Below are positions 37,853-50,783 of a stretch of DNA of 64,000 nucleotides, one piece after another. How positions within the stretch are numbered: position 1 is the first letter of the stretch; the number at the start of each line of letters is the position of its first letter. Where the stretch lies: the NCBI GenBank assembly GCA_052327205.1, contig CM126212.1, positions 201,252,001 through 201,316,000 on the forward strand. Reading direction: 5' to 3'. A program made the position numbers and the translations under genes. Under the pieces are notes generated by a model. The model did not search any database, had not been told where the DNA came from, and saw only the letters and a list, made by a program, of their open reading frames with translations. The stretch is from Somniosus microcephalus. Taxonomy: Eukaryota.

Positions 37853-40800
37853 GGGGAGGCGGTGGCGTAGTGGTTATGTCACTAGACTAGTAAGCCAGAG
37901 GCTCAGTCAAATGCTCTGAGGATATGGGTTCAAATCCCACCACGGCAGCTGGTGGAATTTCAATTCAATTCAATTTAATTCTGGAATTAAATGTTAGTCT
38001 TAGTAATGGCGACCATGATACCATTGTCGATTGTTGCAAAAACCCATCTGGTTCACTAATATCCTTTAGGGAAGGAAATCTGCCGTCCTTACCTGGTCTG
38101 GCCTACATGTGACTCCAGACCCACAGCAATGTGGTTGACTCTTAATGCCCTCTGAAATGGCCTAGCAAGCCACTCAGTTGTAAACAACCGCTACGAAAAA
38201 CAATAAGAATAAAAAAACCGGATGGACCACCCGGTATTGACCTCGGCACCGGAAACGACAACGGCAAACCCAGCCCTGTCGACCCTGCAAAGTCCTCCTT
38301 ACCAACATCTGGGGGCTTGTACCAAAATTGGGAGTGCTGTCCCACAGACTAGTCAAGCAACAGCCTGACATAGTCATAATTACCGAATCATACCTTACAA
38401 CCAATGTCCCAGACACCACCATCACCATCCCTGGGTATGTCTTGTCCCACCGGCTGGACAGACCCACCAGAGGTGGTGGCACTGTGGTATAGAGTCGGGA
38501 GGGAGTAGCCCTGGGAGTCCTCAACATTGACTCAGGACCCCATGAGGTCTCATGGCACCAAGTCAAACATGGGCAAGGAAAGCGCCTGCTGATTACCACC
38601 TACCGCCCTCCCTCAGCTGATGAATCAGTACTCCTTCATGTTGAACACCAATTGGAAGAAGCACTGAGAGTAGCAAGGGCTTCAATGTCCATCACCAAGA
38701 GTGGCTCGGTAGCACCACAACTGACCGAGCTGGCCGAGTCCTAAAGGACATAGCTGCCAGACTGGGTCTGCAACAGGTGGTGAGGGAACCAACAAGAGGG
38801 AAAAACCTACTTGATCTCGTCCTCACCAATCTACCTGTTGCAGATGCATCTGTCCATGACAGCATTGGTGGAAGTGACCACCGCACAGTCCTTGTGGAGA
38901 CAAAGTCCTGTCTTCATGTTGAGGATACCCTCCACCGTGTTGTGTGGCACTACCACCGTGCTAAATGGGACAGATTTCCAACAGATCTGGCAACTCAAAA
39001 CTGGGCATCCATGAGGCGCTGTGGGCCATCAGCAGCAGCAGAATTGTATTCAACCACAATCTGTAACCTCATGGCCCGGCATATCCCTCACTCTACCATT
39101 ACCATCAAGCCGGGAGATCAACCCTGGTTTAACGAAGAGTGCAGGAGAGCATGCCGGGAACAGCACCAGGCATACCGAAAAATGAGGTGTCAACCTGGTG
39201 AGGCTACAACACAGGACTACTTGCATGCCAAACAACGGAAGCAACATGCGATAGACAGAGCTAAGCGATCTCACAACCATCGGATCAAATCAAAGCTCTG
39301 CAGTCCTGCCACATCCAGTCGTGAGTGGTGGTGGACAATTCAACAGTTAACAGGAGGAGGAGGCTCCAAAAATATCCCCATCCTCAATGATGGTGGAGCC
39401 CAGCACGTGAGTGCAAAAGACAAGGCTGAAGCATTTGCAACTATCTTCAGCCAGAAGTGCCGAGTGGATGATCCATCTCGGCCTCCTCCTGAGGTCCCCA
39501 GCATCACAGATGCCAGTCTTCAGCCCATTCAATTCACTCCACGTGATGTCAAGAAACGGCTGAAGACACTGAACACTGCAAAGGCTATGGGCCCTGACAA
39601 CATTCCGGCAATAGTACTGAAGACTTTTGCTCCAGAACTAGCTGTGCCCCTAGCCAAGCTGTTCCAGTACAGCTACAACACTGGCATCTACCCGGCAATG
39701 TGGAAAATTGCCCAAGTATGTACTGTCTACAAAAAGCAGGACAAATCCGATCCGGCCAATTACCGTCCCATCAGTCTACTCTCAATCATCAGCAAAGTGA
39801 TGGAAGGTGTCGTCGACAGTGCTATCAAGCGGCACTTACTCAGCAATAACCTGTTAACTGACGCCCAGTTTGGGTTCCGCCAGGGCCACTCAGCTCCTGA
39901 CCTCATTACAGCCTTGGTCCAAACATGGACAAAAGAGCTGAACTCGAGAAGTGAGGTGAGAGTGACTGCCCTTGACATCAAGGCAGCGTTTGATCGAGTG
40001 TGGCATCAAGGAGCCCTAGCAAAACTGAAGTCAATGGGAATCAAGGGGAAAACTCTCCATTGGTTGGAATCATACCTAGCACAAAGGAAGTTGGCTGTGG
40101 TTGTTGGAGGTCATTCATCTCAATCGCATGACATCACTGCAGGAGTTCCTCAGGGCAGTGTCCTAGGCCCAACCATCTTCAGCTGTTTCATCAATGACCT
40201 TCCCTCCATCATAAGGTCAGAAGTGGGGATGTTCGCTGATGATTGCACACTGTTCAGCACCATTCGAGACTCGTCAGATACTGACGCAGTCCGTGTCCAT
40301 ATGCAGCAAGACCTGGACAACATTCAGACTTGGGCTGACAAGTGGCAAGTAACATTTGCACCACACAAGTGCCAGGCAATGACCATCTCCAACAAGCGAG
40401 ACTCTAACCATCTCCCCATGACATTCAATGGCATTACCATCGCTGAATCCCCCACTATCAACATCCTGGGGGTTACCATTGATCAGAAACTGAACTGGAC
40501 CAGCCATATAAATACTGTGGCTACAAGAGCAGGCCAGAGGCTGGGAATTCTGCGGCAAGTGTCTCACCTCCTGACTCCCCAAAGCCTTTCCACCATCTAC
40601 AAGGCACAAGTCAGGAGTGTGATGGAATACTCTCCACTTGCCTGGATGAGTGCAGCTCCAACAACACTCAAGAAGCTCGACACCATTCAGGATAAAGCAG
40701 CCCGCTTGATTGGCACCCCATCCACCACCTCCAACATTCACTCCCTCCACCACCGGTGCACTGTGGCTGCAGTGTGTACCATCTACAAGATGCACTGCAG

Positions 40801-41140
40801 CAACTCGCCAAAGCTCCTTCAACAGCACCTTCCAAACCCGCGACCTCTACCACTTAGAAGGACAAGGGCAGCAGACGCATGGGAACATCACCACCTACAA
40901 GTTCCCCTCCAAGCCACACACCATCCTGACTTGGACCTGTTTCGCCGTTCCTTCACTGTCGCTGGGCCAAAATCCTGGAATTCCCTTCCTAACAGCATTG
41001 TGGGTGTACCTACACCATATGGACTGCAGCGGTTCAAGAAGGCGGCTCACCACCATCTTCTCAAGGGCAATTAGGGATGGGCACTAAATGCAGGCCTAGC
41101 CAGCCAGCGACGCCCACATCCCATCAATGAATTAAAAAAA
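37853..41140 (+). mobile_element. Near full-length non-LTR retrotransposon (CR1/Jockey group) with a tRNA-derived 5' head and a single APE-RT ORF
   Basis: A box TGGCGTAGTGG (37863), B box GGTTCAAATCC (37927); APE motifs from ~38290 (NIWGL, ITES, YRPP, SDH); RT ORF 38777-41074; A-rich tail; ATACT at both flanks (37848-37852, 41141-41145). Confidence 0.9.
38777..41074 (+). CDS. LINE ORF2 (end of endonuclease plus reverse transcriptase); 765 aa open, upstream endonuclease part disrupted
   Basis: [48 protein letters not shown]; upstream TAG at 38490 and a frameshifting deletion at ~38680. Confidence 0.9.
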   Translation: MVREPTRGKNLLDLVLTNLPVADASVHDSIGGSDHRTVLVETKSCLHVEDTLHRVVWHYHRAKWDRFPTDLATQNWASMRRCGPSAAAELYSTTICNLMARHIPHSTITIKPGDQPWFNEECRRACREQHQAYRKMRCQPGEATTQDYLHAKQRKQHAIDRAKRSHNHRIKSKLCSPATSSREWWWTIQQLTGGGGSKNIPILNDGGAQHVSAKDKAEAFATIFSQKCRVDDPSRPPPEVPSITDASLQPIQFTPRDVKKRLKTLNTAKAMGPDNIPAIVLKTFAPELAVPLAKLFQYSYNTGIYPAMWKIAQVCTVYKKQDKSDPANYRPISLLSIISKVMEGVVDSAIKRHLLSNNLLTDAQFGFRQGHSAPDLITALVQTWTKELNSRSEVRVTALDIKAAFDRVWHQGALAKLKSMGIKGKTLHWLESYLAQRKLAVVVGGHSSQSHDITAGVPQGSVLGPTIFSCFINDLPSIIRSEVGMFADDCTLFSTIRDSSDTDAVRVHMQQDLDNIQTWADKWQVTFAPHKCQAMTISNKRDSNHLPMTFNGITIAESPTINILGVTIDQKLNWTSHINTVATRAGQRLGILRQVSHLLTPQSLSTIYKAQVRSVMEYSPLAWMSAAPTTLKKLDTIQDKAARLIGTPSTTSNIHSLHHRCTVAAVCTIYKMHCSNSPKLLQQHLPNPRPLPLRRTRAADAWEHHHLQVPLQATHHPDLDLFRRSFTVAGPKSWNSLPNSIVGVPTPYGLQRFKKAAHHHLLKGN

Positions 41141-42734
41141 ATACTTGCAGTAAACCTGTACATAAGGCCACATTAAAAGGAGCAAAAAGTATGATTTGTT
41201 CATATTCTAATTTTTGATAGTTCCTGCCTATTTTACCCACAAATCCAAAAGCTGGTATCCAGAGGAATATAATATCTATTTTATTTGAACCTTGGCAAGT
41301 AGATTGGATGTATATTCAAAACTCATCTAATCATTTATTTTTTTAATAAAACAAATGTTTCTACTTAAAGGTTTACATTTTCATGCTGGATTTTTACACT
41401 TTTTTTGTTGCAGCTTTCACTCATTTTTTAAAACTAGTTTAATAGAATTGGGACTGCAGGGTAAGATGGTTGTTGCTATTCCTTAAGAGTAAAATATTGG
41501 ATTTTACCTTGCAGAACCTGTAGGTGTGGTCTGTTGAGTGTGCAATACTTTTTTGCATTGTGGAATTAATCATTTTATGCCTTTTATATAATATAAGTAC
41601 AATCCAAACTGCTGGAACAATAAAAAAAAATGAAAAAATAAGCACACTCATTGTAAAAACACTAAAGGGTAGAAAATCCAATTGATGTATTGTCTGTTTT
41701 AGAAATATTTCTTGGTAAATATTCTAGCATTGGCAAGGATATGTGGCTTGGTGGCAATTATGAACAAGAAATGTTAGGAATTATAAAAATACATTTAAAA
41801 CTGTATTTTTTCCCTCAAACCTTTACCACTATGCACAGTGTTATAAAGCATGTGGATTCCACAGAGCATCTGGGTTCGGAAACACTGAAGCTGTGCCAAA
41901 AGACTTCAAAGCCTGAATGGCTTTGGCACATAAAAATAACATGAAACCAGTGGAAAATAGTAGTGTAGACATGACATTTATTTTTAGCTTCTCTCATTGA
42001 GAGTCACAAAAGCAAAAAAATGTTGCAATACAGTTGCTTGGAGTAAAGTAAATGCATAAATTATTTATCAAAAATGATCCAGGTAACTTGGATGCAGATA
42101 CAGTGGACTTGGATTAGAGCACCTTTCTCCTAATTATTTTAGTGTAAAATAATTTAACAAAAAAAACTCCCACAAGCTAAGCAATTCTGAAATGTGGTCC
42201 GGTAACAAAGGCAGGTAGTGTTCAGCTTTATAACTCAATCCACTTTGGTACAAGCAAAACTTAGCAAAAAATAAGGTGCCAGAAAACATATTTGTTGCCA
42301 TTTTGCAGTTACTGTTTATATAAGTGTGTACATGATTTTTAGAAGTATGAATGAATATTTAAAATGCATAAGTGTGTCATAAATAAAATAGTTCTTCATT
42401 TAGAATGTATTCTAAATTAATTGGTGTCAGATAAATGTTACATTTCAGAGATGGAATAAGCACAATATGCAATACATGCAGATATTTGTGGACACATTAC
42501 AACTTGAGGCTGTATTAATATAGGCTACAGGTACTTCTTATAAAACAATCAGCTAGCCCTCCGCCAACATGCATACATTCTAAACTGCTCCAGAAAGAAA
42601 ACTTAATGATGCCAAACGGATACTTGCCAGTTTTAAACCTTAGCTTTCCCTAAGGACATATGAACAGCTTATATTTGACTTTTTATGTGAAAGCATAATA
42701 ATGTTGAATTAAATATGAATGCTTGATATAGCAC

Positions 42735-43330
42735 TAGTGTTGATCACAGGATAATTATGGGTGAAAAAGGCCATTCAGCCTACCTTTATTCATCTATCCA
42801 AAAAGATCCTAAAGTATCCCCCCTTCATTGTAGCATCCAGTTTTTTAAACAACACCAGTACCCTATTTGGAAGTCAGTTCCACATGTTGATCACTCTATG
42901 AAGAAGAATTTCCTGTTATCAGACTTAAATTTATTTTTTACTAGTTTGAACCTACTCGTGCAAATTAATTTAAAGTAATATTACAGGTTTACTTTTTCCA
43001 TTCCCTCAACTATCTTATATACTATAAGATCACCTCAGATGCCTCCTTTTCTCAGCTGAAAAATGCAATTTTTAAAAAGTTTTTCCTCATAACTCAGGCC
43101 TTAATACGAAGAAGCCGCCTCGTGGCTCTTCTCTGCACTGCCTCCAGCATGTGAATGTTTGCCTTTGAGTCGGCAACCAGAACTGAACGCAGTATTCGAG
43201 GTGCCGTTTGATCAGAGCACTATAACGTTTGAACATGACTTTATCTGACTTATATTCTACTGTTCTGGTTATGTAGTTCAAAGTTCTATCGATTTTACAT
43301 ACTGTAATGAATTTGGGAAGTTTTGCCATT
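42735..43330 (-). mobile_element. Degraded CR1 3' fragment
   Basis: Minus strand VEYKSDKVMFKRYSALIKRHLEYCVQFW. Confidence 0.7.
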
Positions 43331-44629
43331 GCAGACACACAGTGGCATGTTTATAGGGAATTAAATGTTCTGCTTTTTGTTTTAAATTGTCTTAAAAGGG
43401 CGTTTTCATAGAATTTTCAGTTTTGGGTTTTTGGGTAATAACTGAATATACAAGCTTTTACCCATATATTGTCTGTTTTTCATTTCTACAGATGGCCCAG
43501 TATAGGGAGGATTAAAGCTGTAAGGATGAGGAACTGCTAGCTGAACGTAAATTCCACCCTTGTTAAGTTTGTGAGTGTAGCTGAACTGAGAAGTGATCTT
43601 CAACTCTTGCATGGTGACTGCTAATTTTTCGGGGATGATCCTGAGATTACTGTCAGCACACTTCTGTGCTGATATGATAGAAGTTTACATTCCAAACTTT
43701 AAATTTGGCCAATGTAATTTACTTTGCTGACTTCACAACACCATCAACTTTAAAAGAGGTGAAAATGTTAACAGTAGGCTGCTGCTTATTACGATATACT
43801 GTAATGCTGCTTTCATTATATTAATTATTGGATTTATCTTTGTACAGAGTGAGATGGCGCATGTACTGCATCTTCTCTGTTAAGTTGTATCTGGGAGGAA
43901 TACAAGAAATCATGTTAGTAGTTTTATAGGCAGATAGTTTGTTTTGCAGTGGAACCTATATTTTTCCACTATAATGAAGAGAAAACGCTGGTGGATATTG
44001 AAAATTGGAAGATAATTGAGTGGCCACAAATTTTGATTTTACATTTAAGGTAACAAAGGCAAACACAATAGAAATACGTAAGAAATTTAAATGATTTCTT
44101 TCTTCAGCTGTGAGTTTGATTTGTGTAAGACAGGAGGAGTTTGATGGTGGTGGGTTGTGCAGCGAGATGACATTTGGCACAAGTCTTTATGCCACAAAAG
44201 TTCTGGCAGATAATCGAGTGAATAATTGAGGCTAAAAGAGGTTCCCAAGTCGTCTTCCTGTTACTTAGGTAACTAATTCTTGTTATTTCTGCAAATATTG
44301 TAAGGGGGGGGCTGCTTTTTAAAAAAAAAAAATAATAATAATAATACCGCTAAAGAATATCCTTGCAAGAAGAAAACAAATCCAGAGCCAGGGTATGTCT
44401 TGTTACATGGCACTGAATTTAAAAATAAAAAAACCTCTGTAGTTTAGTTTGAGATATTTAAAGCTCCCAGGTAACTAGAGTTGAACAGGTGGAAAATGTC
44501 TTCTGTAACTTGTTGTCAAGGAGAGTCATAATGATGGGTTGACTTGGAGATACAGTAGTGATGAGAATTACTACTGGAGTAGGATGAACAGATGGGGGAA
44601 AAAAGTATTTCTGAGGAGGCTTTTCATAC

Positions 44630-45053
44630 CCAACTATTAACTTATCCGGAAATCTCTCTTAACCGACAAAATTCAGGAGTAGGTTCAGGTAAGTTTTACT
44701 GTATATTAGTGGCCGTGTAACCGGGGTTCCTGGATCTGTGGCCGTGTAACCGGGGTTCCTGGATCTGTGGCTGTGTAACCGGGGTTCCTGCACCTGTGGC
44801 CGTGCAACAGGGACTCCTGGATCTGTGGCCGTGTAACCGGGACTCCTGCACAAGGGCCGTGTAACCGAGGCTCCTGCACCTGTGGCCGTGTAACCGGGAC
44901 TCCTGCACAAGGGCCATGTAACCGAGGCTCCTGCACCTGTGGCCGTGTACGGGGCTCTCGTACCTTGGTAAGTATACCTCTCTGTAATCCGGACTTTTTG
45001 ATCAACCGGCACCACGCCGGTCCCGTTGGTGCCGGATAAAAAAGAGTTTCCTG
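44630..45053 (-). mobile_element. Second copy of the pogo/Tigger-like element, internally rearranged
   Basis: Ends GAGTTTCCTG|TA; reverse complement matches both subterminal segments of 32291-32814. Confidence 0.7.
44709..44957. repeat. Minisatellite, 28-29 bp unit GTGGCCGTGTAACCGGGGTTCCTGGATCT, about 8.5 copies
   Basis: Contiguous head-to-tail units without spacers. Confidence 0.95.
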
Positions 45054-46496
45054 TATTTGGTTAGTTCTTCTGCAAATACAGATGTGCAGTTTTTCTATTG
45101 TAACTTGCATACTGTATGACTGAAGTGAAAAAAGTTGAAAAATTATACAAATAGGAACAGGAGTTGTATTATGATTACTAACTACAGCTTTTGAATTGTA
45201 AATTTGTTTCTGAATCTGGTGTTAGCCTTTGGTGCTGCACTTCATTGATTGCTTTTCAAGTACTGAACAGGCATTAAGATTTTCAATACTGAAGCAATAG
45301 AAAGTTGTAACTAACCAAGTAAGAATTGCACAGCCCTACACAGTTGACAGCTTTCAGGACATTCCTGGTTCCTTTGGTTGACCAGTTTTGTTTGTTTTCA
45401 GTTTGTAATGTAACGTTGAATGTAAGTATTACTACTGATATTCAAGTACCTTTATCATTGTGTTAGTACTGTAATATTAACACTTTAGAACTAAAATCAA
45501 CAGGAATTCCATATCCTGTGTACATGAGAACTATTTATCACATGATTTTATTGGGAATGTTTTTTTTTGTAAAACGTATATTCTCTTAGCCCCTGGAAAA
45601 AAATTGGCTAATACCACACCATGAAGAAAATAGTAAAGGTTTAGTATAATTTACAGCATTTGAGAAATATCCTAATAAAAATTAAATTCCTCTAGTTGTC
45701 TACTACTCTAGAAAGGCAAAGTCCTGCAGTGAAAATTAATATAGAATATATATTTTCAGTTCCTTGTTTTGTGAGTTAAAATCTTTATCAGGTGTCATGC
45801 ACTATGTCACTTTATGTTGCAATATCTGTTTTAAAAACAAGTATCATTTGAAAAGGATAATTTTAACTCCACTTATGAGTAGGTTATTCTTACAAAATTG
45901 TAAAAGATGCAGAGAATTCTGAACATTTCTGAAAAGAATGACCCTTTTCTAAATAGCCCGTCAGATTGGAAATCATTTAATTTGAAAGAAAATCTTAAGC
46001 ATAATTTGAGTGTCATTTTACTGTGGGAACTGCTGTGTTTTTAAGAATATATAAACAAAATTTATGTTGCTTCTCACCTTGCATTACCAGGTCTGTCATT
46101 TTGAGTCTAACAGTATGACAGCTGGTGTGATGTCCTCATGGCAAGCCTAGCACTCCACTGCTGCGCTTTTAACTTTGTGTTAAGAAAGGAACATAGAACA
46201 ATAATCTCAAAACGGGACATTCACGAATTAAGAATACTTTTCACTAAAAATATTTAACATACTTACACAGCCCTACTAACCAATGAATGATTTTATTTAA
46301 AGAAAAACTTTAAGCAAAATTTTTGAACATAATATTTGTCATAAATATCAGTAATATTAAATCTGTCTGTCTATTTATCATTCAAAAGTCATGTAATATG
46401 GACTTAGAGTCAGGATCATATTTCCCTCCCATTATCTTTTATTGTATCCTCTACCTCACTATAAACATCACAGGGAATCTGGTAATAATATATTAA

Positions 46497-47238
46497 GGGC
46501 TAGAAATTGGGTATCACCCCGGTTGGGGTGCTAACTTTTGAAAAGTAGCGCCAGGCGCTAATGATTCTCTCCTGACCGGAAATTCAGCTTTAGCGCTCCA
46601 AGAGAGAAGTGAAGCGCTAAATCAAGCGCTAACCACTTATCCTGGGGCGCTAAAGTTCGGGGGCAGTAGCGGCAGAGCTCTGAACAATTTGGAGCGCATT
46701 GCTAACGACATCAGAGACTGCTTCCCTCGCTTAAAGGGAAGGGCCAGTGATGCTTCACAACCCACTTGTTGGCAGGTCTGCATTGCAAGGCGACCTACGC
46801 GACTGCCATTACAGCCCCAAACACTCTACAAAGTGGAGGACTTGGACATCTTGTAGCAATGAATTGACCAAAAACTTTCAACAGGAACCAGACTGGTGGG
46901 AATATTAACGGTTGGCCTACCTGACAACCCTTCCCTTTAAACAGCGCTCCCTAAGTGGCCAGCCGAGTTGACGACGACTCCTCTTCCTGCCGTTGTTCAC
47001 GGCCGGCGATACAGCAGGGGGCGGAAGCCAATTTCACATCCGGGGCGGTAACAGGGAGCTGCGCACTTGATGATGTCATAATCTGCGAGACACTCGAGGC
47101 CCAGGCGGTAAGAGGCAGCGCCAGCGCTAAACTGGAAATCAATTTTGCGGGCGTCGCTGCATTGGCCGCACCTGGTCGCTAGCCCCTTCGCGTCCTGTTA
47201 GCGACCCCTCAGGCACTTACCAACCGAATTTCTCCCCC
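46497..47238. mobile_element. PIF/Harbinger-like MITE
   Basis: TIR GGGCTAGAAATTGGGT / ACCGAATTTCTCCCCC; TSD TAA on both sides. Confidence 0.8.
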
Positions 47239-48244
47239 TAAAAGTCTTGGGTGTACTACACAATTCTTGTGTCACCGCTTACTTCTCTGTCAAATTTTGT
47301 TGATAGCAATACTTTATTATTGTTATAAACCAGCGATTCCTTCGACTCATCATGATCAATACTATGGCAGGATCTGCTATTTACATATTAAAAACCTTGC
47401 ATCTGTGTGCACTTCCTATTTAACAATTTCTGCGTGTTTTTTATGTCAGTCGCACTTCCATCACGTTATTTCTGTCAAGCTTTTCTGTCACGTTTTCTGT
47501 TGTTTTTACTTACCTCTGATCAAGTCCTCTACACTTTGTCTCCAGGGTGGTCTGTTGCCTGTTTATCTTTGAGACCTTGCTCATCATCTCCAGTCTAGGT
47601 GGACACTGTGGTAACCAGCTTCTGGCTTCAGGTGCATTTTTAATGTTTTTATTTTTAGATAATTATTTCTGAAATACTTGTTTTGCTACCACTGGGGGCC
47701 TCTGTGGTTACCCTTGTACCTCTCCTGGTGGTTTCCCACTCCCAGTTATTTCTAGCCCATTCTTGTGCCTAGCCCCCCTCTGCTTTCACAGGTTCTTGCC
47801 ATTCCAAGTTATTCCGGGCCACATCCACCTTCCCCACAGTTGGCCTATCAGCCATGGTGATTTAGAGCCAGGAAATTGGTGAAGAGGATGGAATGGAGTT
47901 AGGGGAAAGTGGAGAGGGTGAGGTGAGTGGGGGGTGGGTGGGTGGGGGGGGGGGGGAAGAGGATAATTGTGGGTGTAGGGCAGGGTAGGAGATGGCACAG
48001 TGGGGAAGGGGAGGTGAATGGGAGTTGGACCCAGGCAGGATGAAGGCTGATGCCCTCTGTTTTTCTCCATTTCCCTGTTGCCCAAAAAACGGCCATAACT
48101 CCCTCTCCTGGTGTGATTTCCTTGCATGCCTCCATCTCCCCTCTGGCCTCATACTACTGCTGACAGCATACAAGACTCGCCCTTCTCCCCAGTAAGCTGT
48201 CCATCCATCTACTGGGCAACACCATGGGAGATTCACTAAGGAGG

Positions 48245-48836
48245 AAAGCACTTGCATTGATATAGTGCCTTTCATGATCCCAGGATCTCCAAAAGCTCTT
48301 CACTGCAAAATAATTACTTTTGATGCCATTGGTGCAATGTAAGGAAACGCAGCAGCTAGTTTGCACTAGCAGGATCCCAGAAACAGCAATGAGATAAATG
48401 GCCAGATAATCTATTTTTAGTGGTGGTGTTTGATGGATAGATGTTAGCACAGACACTGGGAGAACTCCCCTGCTCTAATTCGAATTGTGCCATGGGATCA
48501 TTTACATCCATCTGAACAGGCAGATGTGGCCTTGGTGTAACAGCTCTTCTGAAAGATGGCACCACTGACAGTGAAGCATTTCCTCAATAATGGACTGAAG
48601 TGTCAGCCTAGATTACGTCCGTAAGTCCCTAGAGTGGGGCTTGAACCCACAACCTTCTGGCCAATGTTCCCCGTAAGCTGCCTGTTTCTCGTACTGCGCG
48701 GTCCCTTTAAATTTCTGCACATGCACGGCACTTACAATGGAAAAGCCGGTGCGTGGCCTGTGCGGGACCTTTCCCATTACTGCACGGCCGCACAGCTTAA
48801 AGGGAACATTGCTTTTGTTTCAGGTGAGAAGGTGCC
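48245..48836 (-). mobile_element. DeuSINE/SacSINE1-like SINE interrupted in its head by a hAT MITE
   Basis: Tail and core match the other copies; the head resumes after 48811 (tcaggtgagaaggtgc). Confidence 0.7.
48662..48811. mobile_element. 150-bp hAT-like MITE
   Basis: TIR CAATGTTCCC / GGGAACATTG; degenerate 8-bp flanks cttctggc / cttttgtt. Confidence 0.7.
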
Positions 48837-50783
48837 ATATGCAAAATTTTAATTTGATCAGTCTGTAATAATAGATATATTCCTATTCCTATATTTTTAC
48901 GTTTTATATACCTTTTTATCTTTTTTAAAGCTCAGGATATATAGCAAGATGATACACAATATATACTGTACCAGGTTCAAGGTAGGTAACTGGTATTTAG
49001 GGGTGGGGTGGGGAGTTCAGAGCTATAGCTATACTGATGGGGCAGTCCTGGACTTTTGTAGCACTGGGTGTCCCAGAGTTTGGTAGCACTGCGTTTGACT
49101 GGTGGTTCTGCAGCTTGGCTGCACTGGAGAGGAACCTGGAATTTGGCCGAAATGGGGAATGGAATGTGGGATTTAGCTCATTGGTGCATTCCTGCAGTTG
49201 ACTGAGGGAGTGGACGTCTGACGGCATTGAGTGGAGATTATTGGTTTAGCCGCACCAATTTGCAACCTCTGCAAACATTGAATTAAATGATTTGTGATTG
49301 GTTTCTGGAAACAAGTAATTACATGTTTTCATTAGATAAATTAATACCACAGCTGCATAAATAATTATATAGATTCTGTTCATTGTGCCTCTTTGGATCA
49401 GTAATCAAATACCTGGCTACTTTGATCAGATTTATTTTTACTTTCAGTCAGCTAAACTCTTCAGTTTTGCATTTCTTGGAGCTGTCAGACTGGGAAATTA
49501 TTGAATGACATTTATTGACGTACATAAATAGAGATCACATGCTTCAACCAAATGAGTGATTGACACTTGGAATGAATGACACTTGGAAAGCCTGAATATT
49601 GTTTCGCTGACTGTTACTTGTCAGTTCAGTTTGGTATTCGGTGACTAGCAGCAAAACACCTGTAATAATATCAGAGGAAGCTGCACTTTGGCTCCCACTT
49701 TAACAGCGACACTGAGTTTGTAAATAGTTTTAGTTTGACGTTGAGCTGTGCAATATTAATAACAAGTGAATTAGCAGTCTTTGAAACTCGTTACTACTTC
49801 AACAAAACTGTTAATCCATTTATTTTATACAAGTTAATGCCTTTGTTAAAATAGCAGATGAGGGATTTCATATTCAAAGACATTACTGTTGCACAGTGTG
49901 GTTTCAACCCTCTTGATTTTTTTTTAACATGAGAAATAAATATAATGGCTAGAGTCACAGAATTTGATACCCAAAGTACTGGTAAAAACATAACTGACTT
50001 ATTCAGTCACTACATCAGTTCCTTAAATGTATTTCTGTGAAGGTAACCAAAAATAAAAATGTATCCAGTTGCATATGAGCTTTAATACAGGTGATCACTG
50101 ACTGAATTTAGAACATAACGGAAATAGATTTTAAAATAATCGAGTACAATCTATGCCACTCCTTTGCAGCTCAAAGATCTTTATTTTCTGACTTCTTCAT
50201 AGTTGTGTGTTTGACTACAGAATGACTTAATAAACAAGAAAGTACAGCAATTGCTTAACAATGCAAAAATAGATTTGTACTTAACCTGAATTCTTGAAAA
50301 TACATTTGTTATAGTTTAACTACCATATCTTTTTAACCTTGTTACAGTAAATTTAAATAACCTGTTCCTGATTTTAAAAAGCCAGTTTTAATTTTGGAAC
50401 TTTGCTAATGTCATAACAATCATCTAATAGGATACTGTCCAACTATGTAAGAGTTAATTTATTGTAGTTATGAATTTATATAATTATTTGCTCTAATGGC
50501 ATCTCCGGTATAAGATGGTCCAAGACTAATCAACAACTAAAAGCTGTTAAAGGCAATGTTTTTTTTTCCTTTAAGAATCTCTAAATTTCTGTTGCACCTT
50601 GCCTCGAGTCATATTACTAGCATGACAATGGAAAAGCAATTGATAAAACAGTCAGACTATCTTTTAACTCCAAGGTTTTAACCAATTTTGACATTCTCAA
50701 TACATTTTGATGATGCACAGAGGTAGATGACTCTCTCATGTGCTAAAATGTGCCATTGTTTACACTGATGTTTATTAGATATT

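Noticed and set aside
37853-37945. tRNA gene
   Set aside because: A and B boxes are present, but there is no proper cloverleaf or T-run terminator and it continues into a retroelement. The SINE heads are rejected for the same reason.
44709-44957. CRISPR-like 29-bp repeats and repetitive ORFs
   Set aside because: Units are contiguous without unique spacers, there are no cas genes and the context is eukaryotic; the ORFs are by-products of the repeat.
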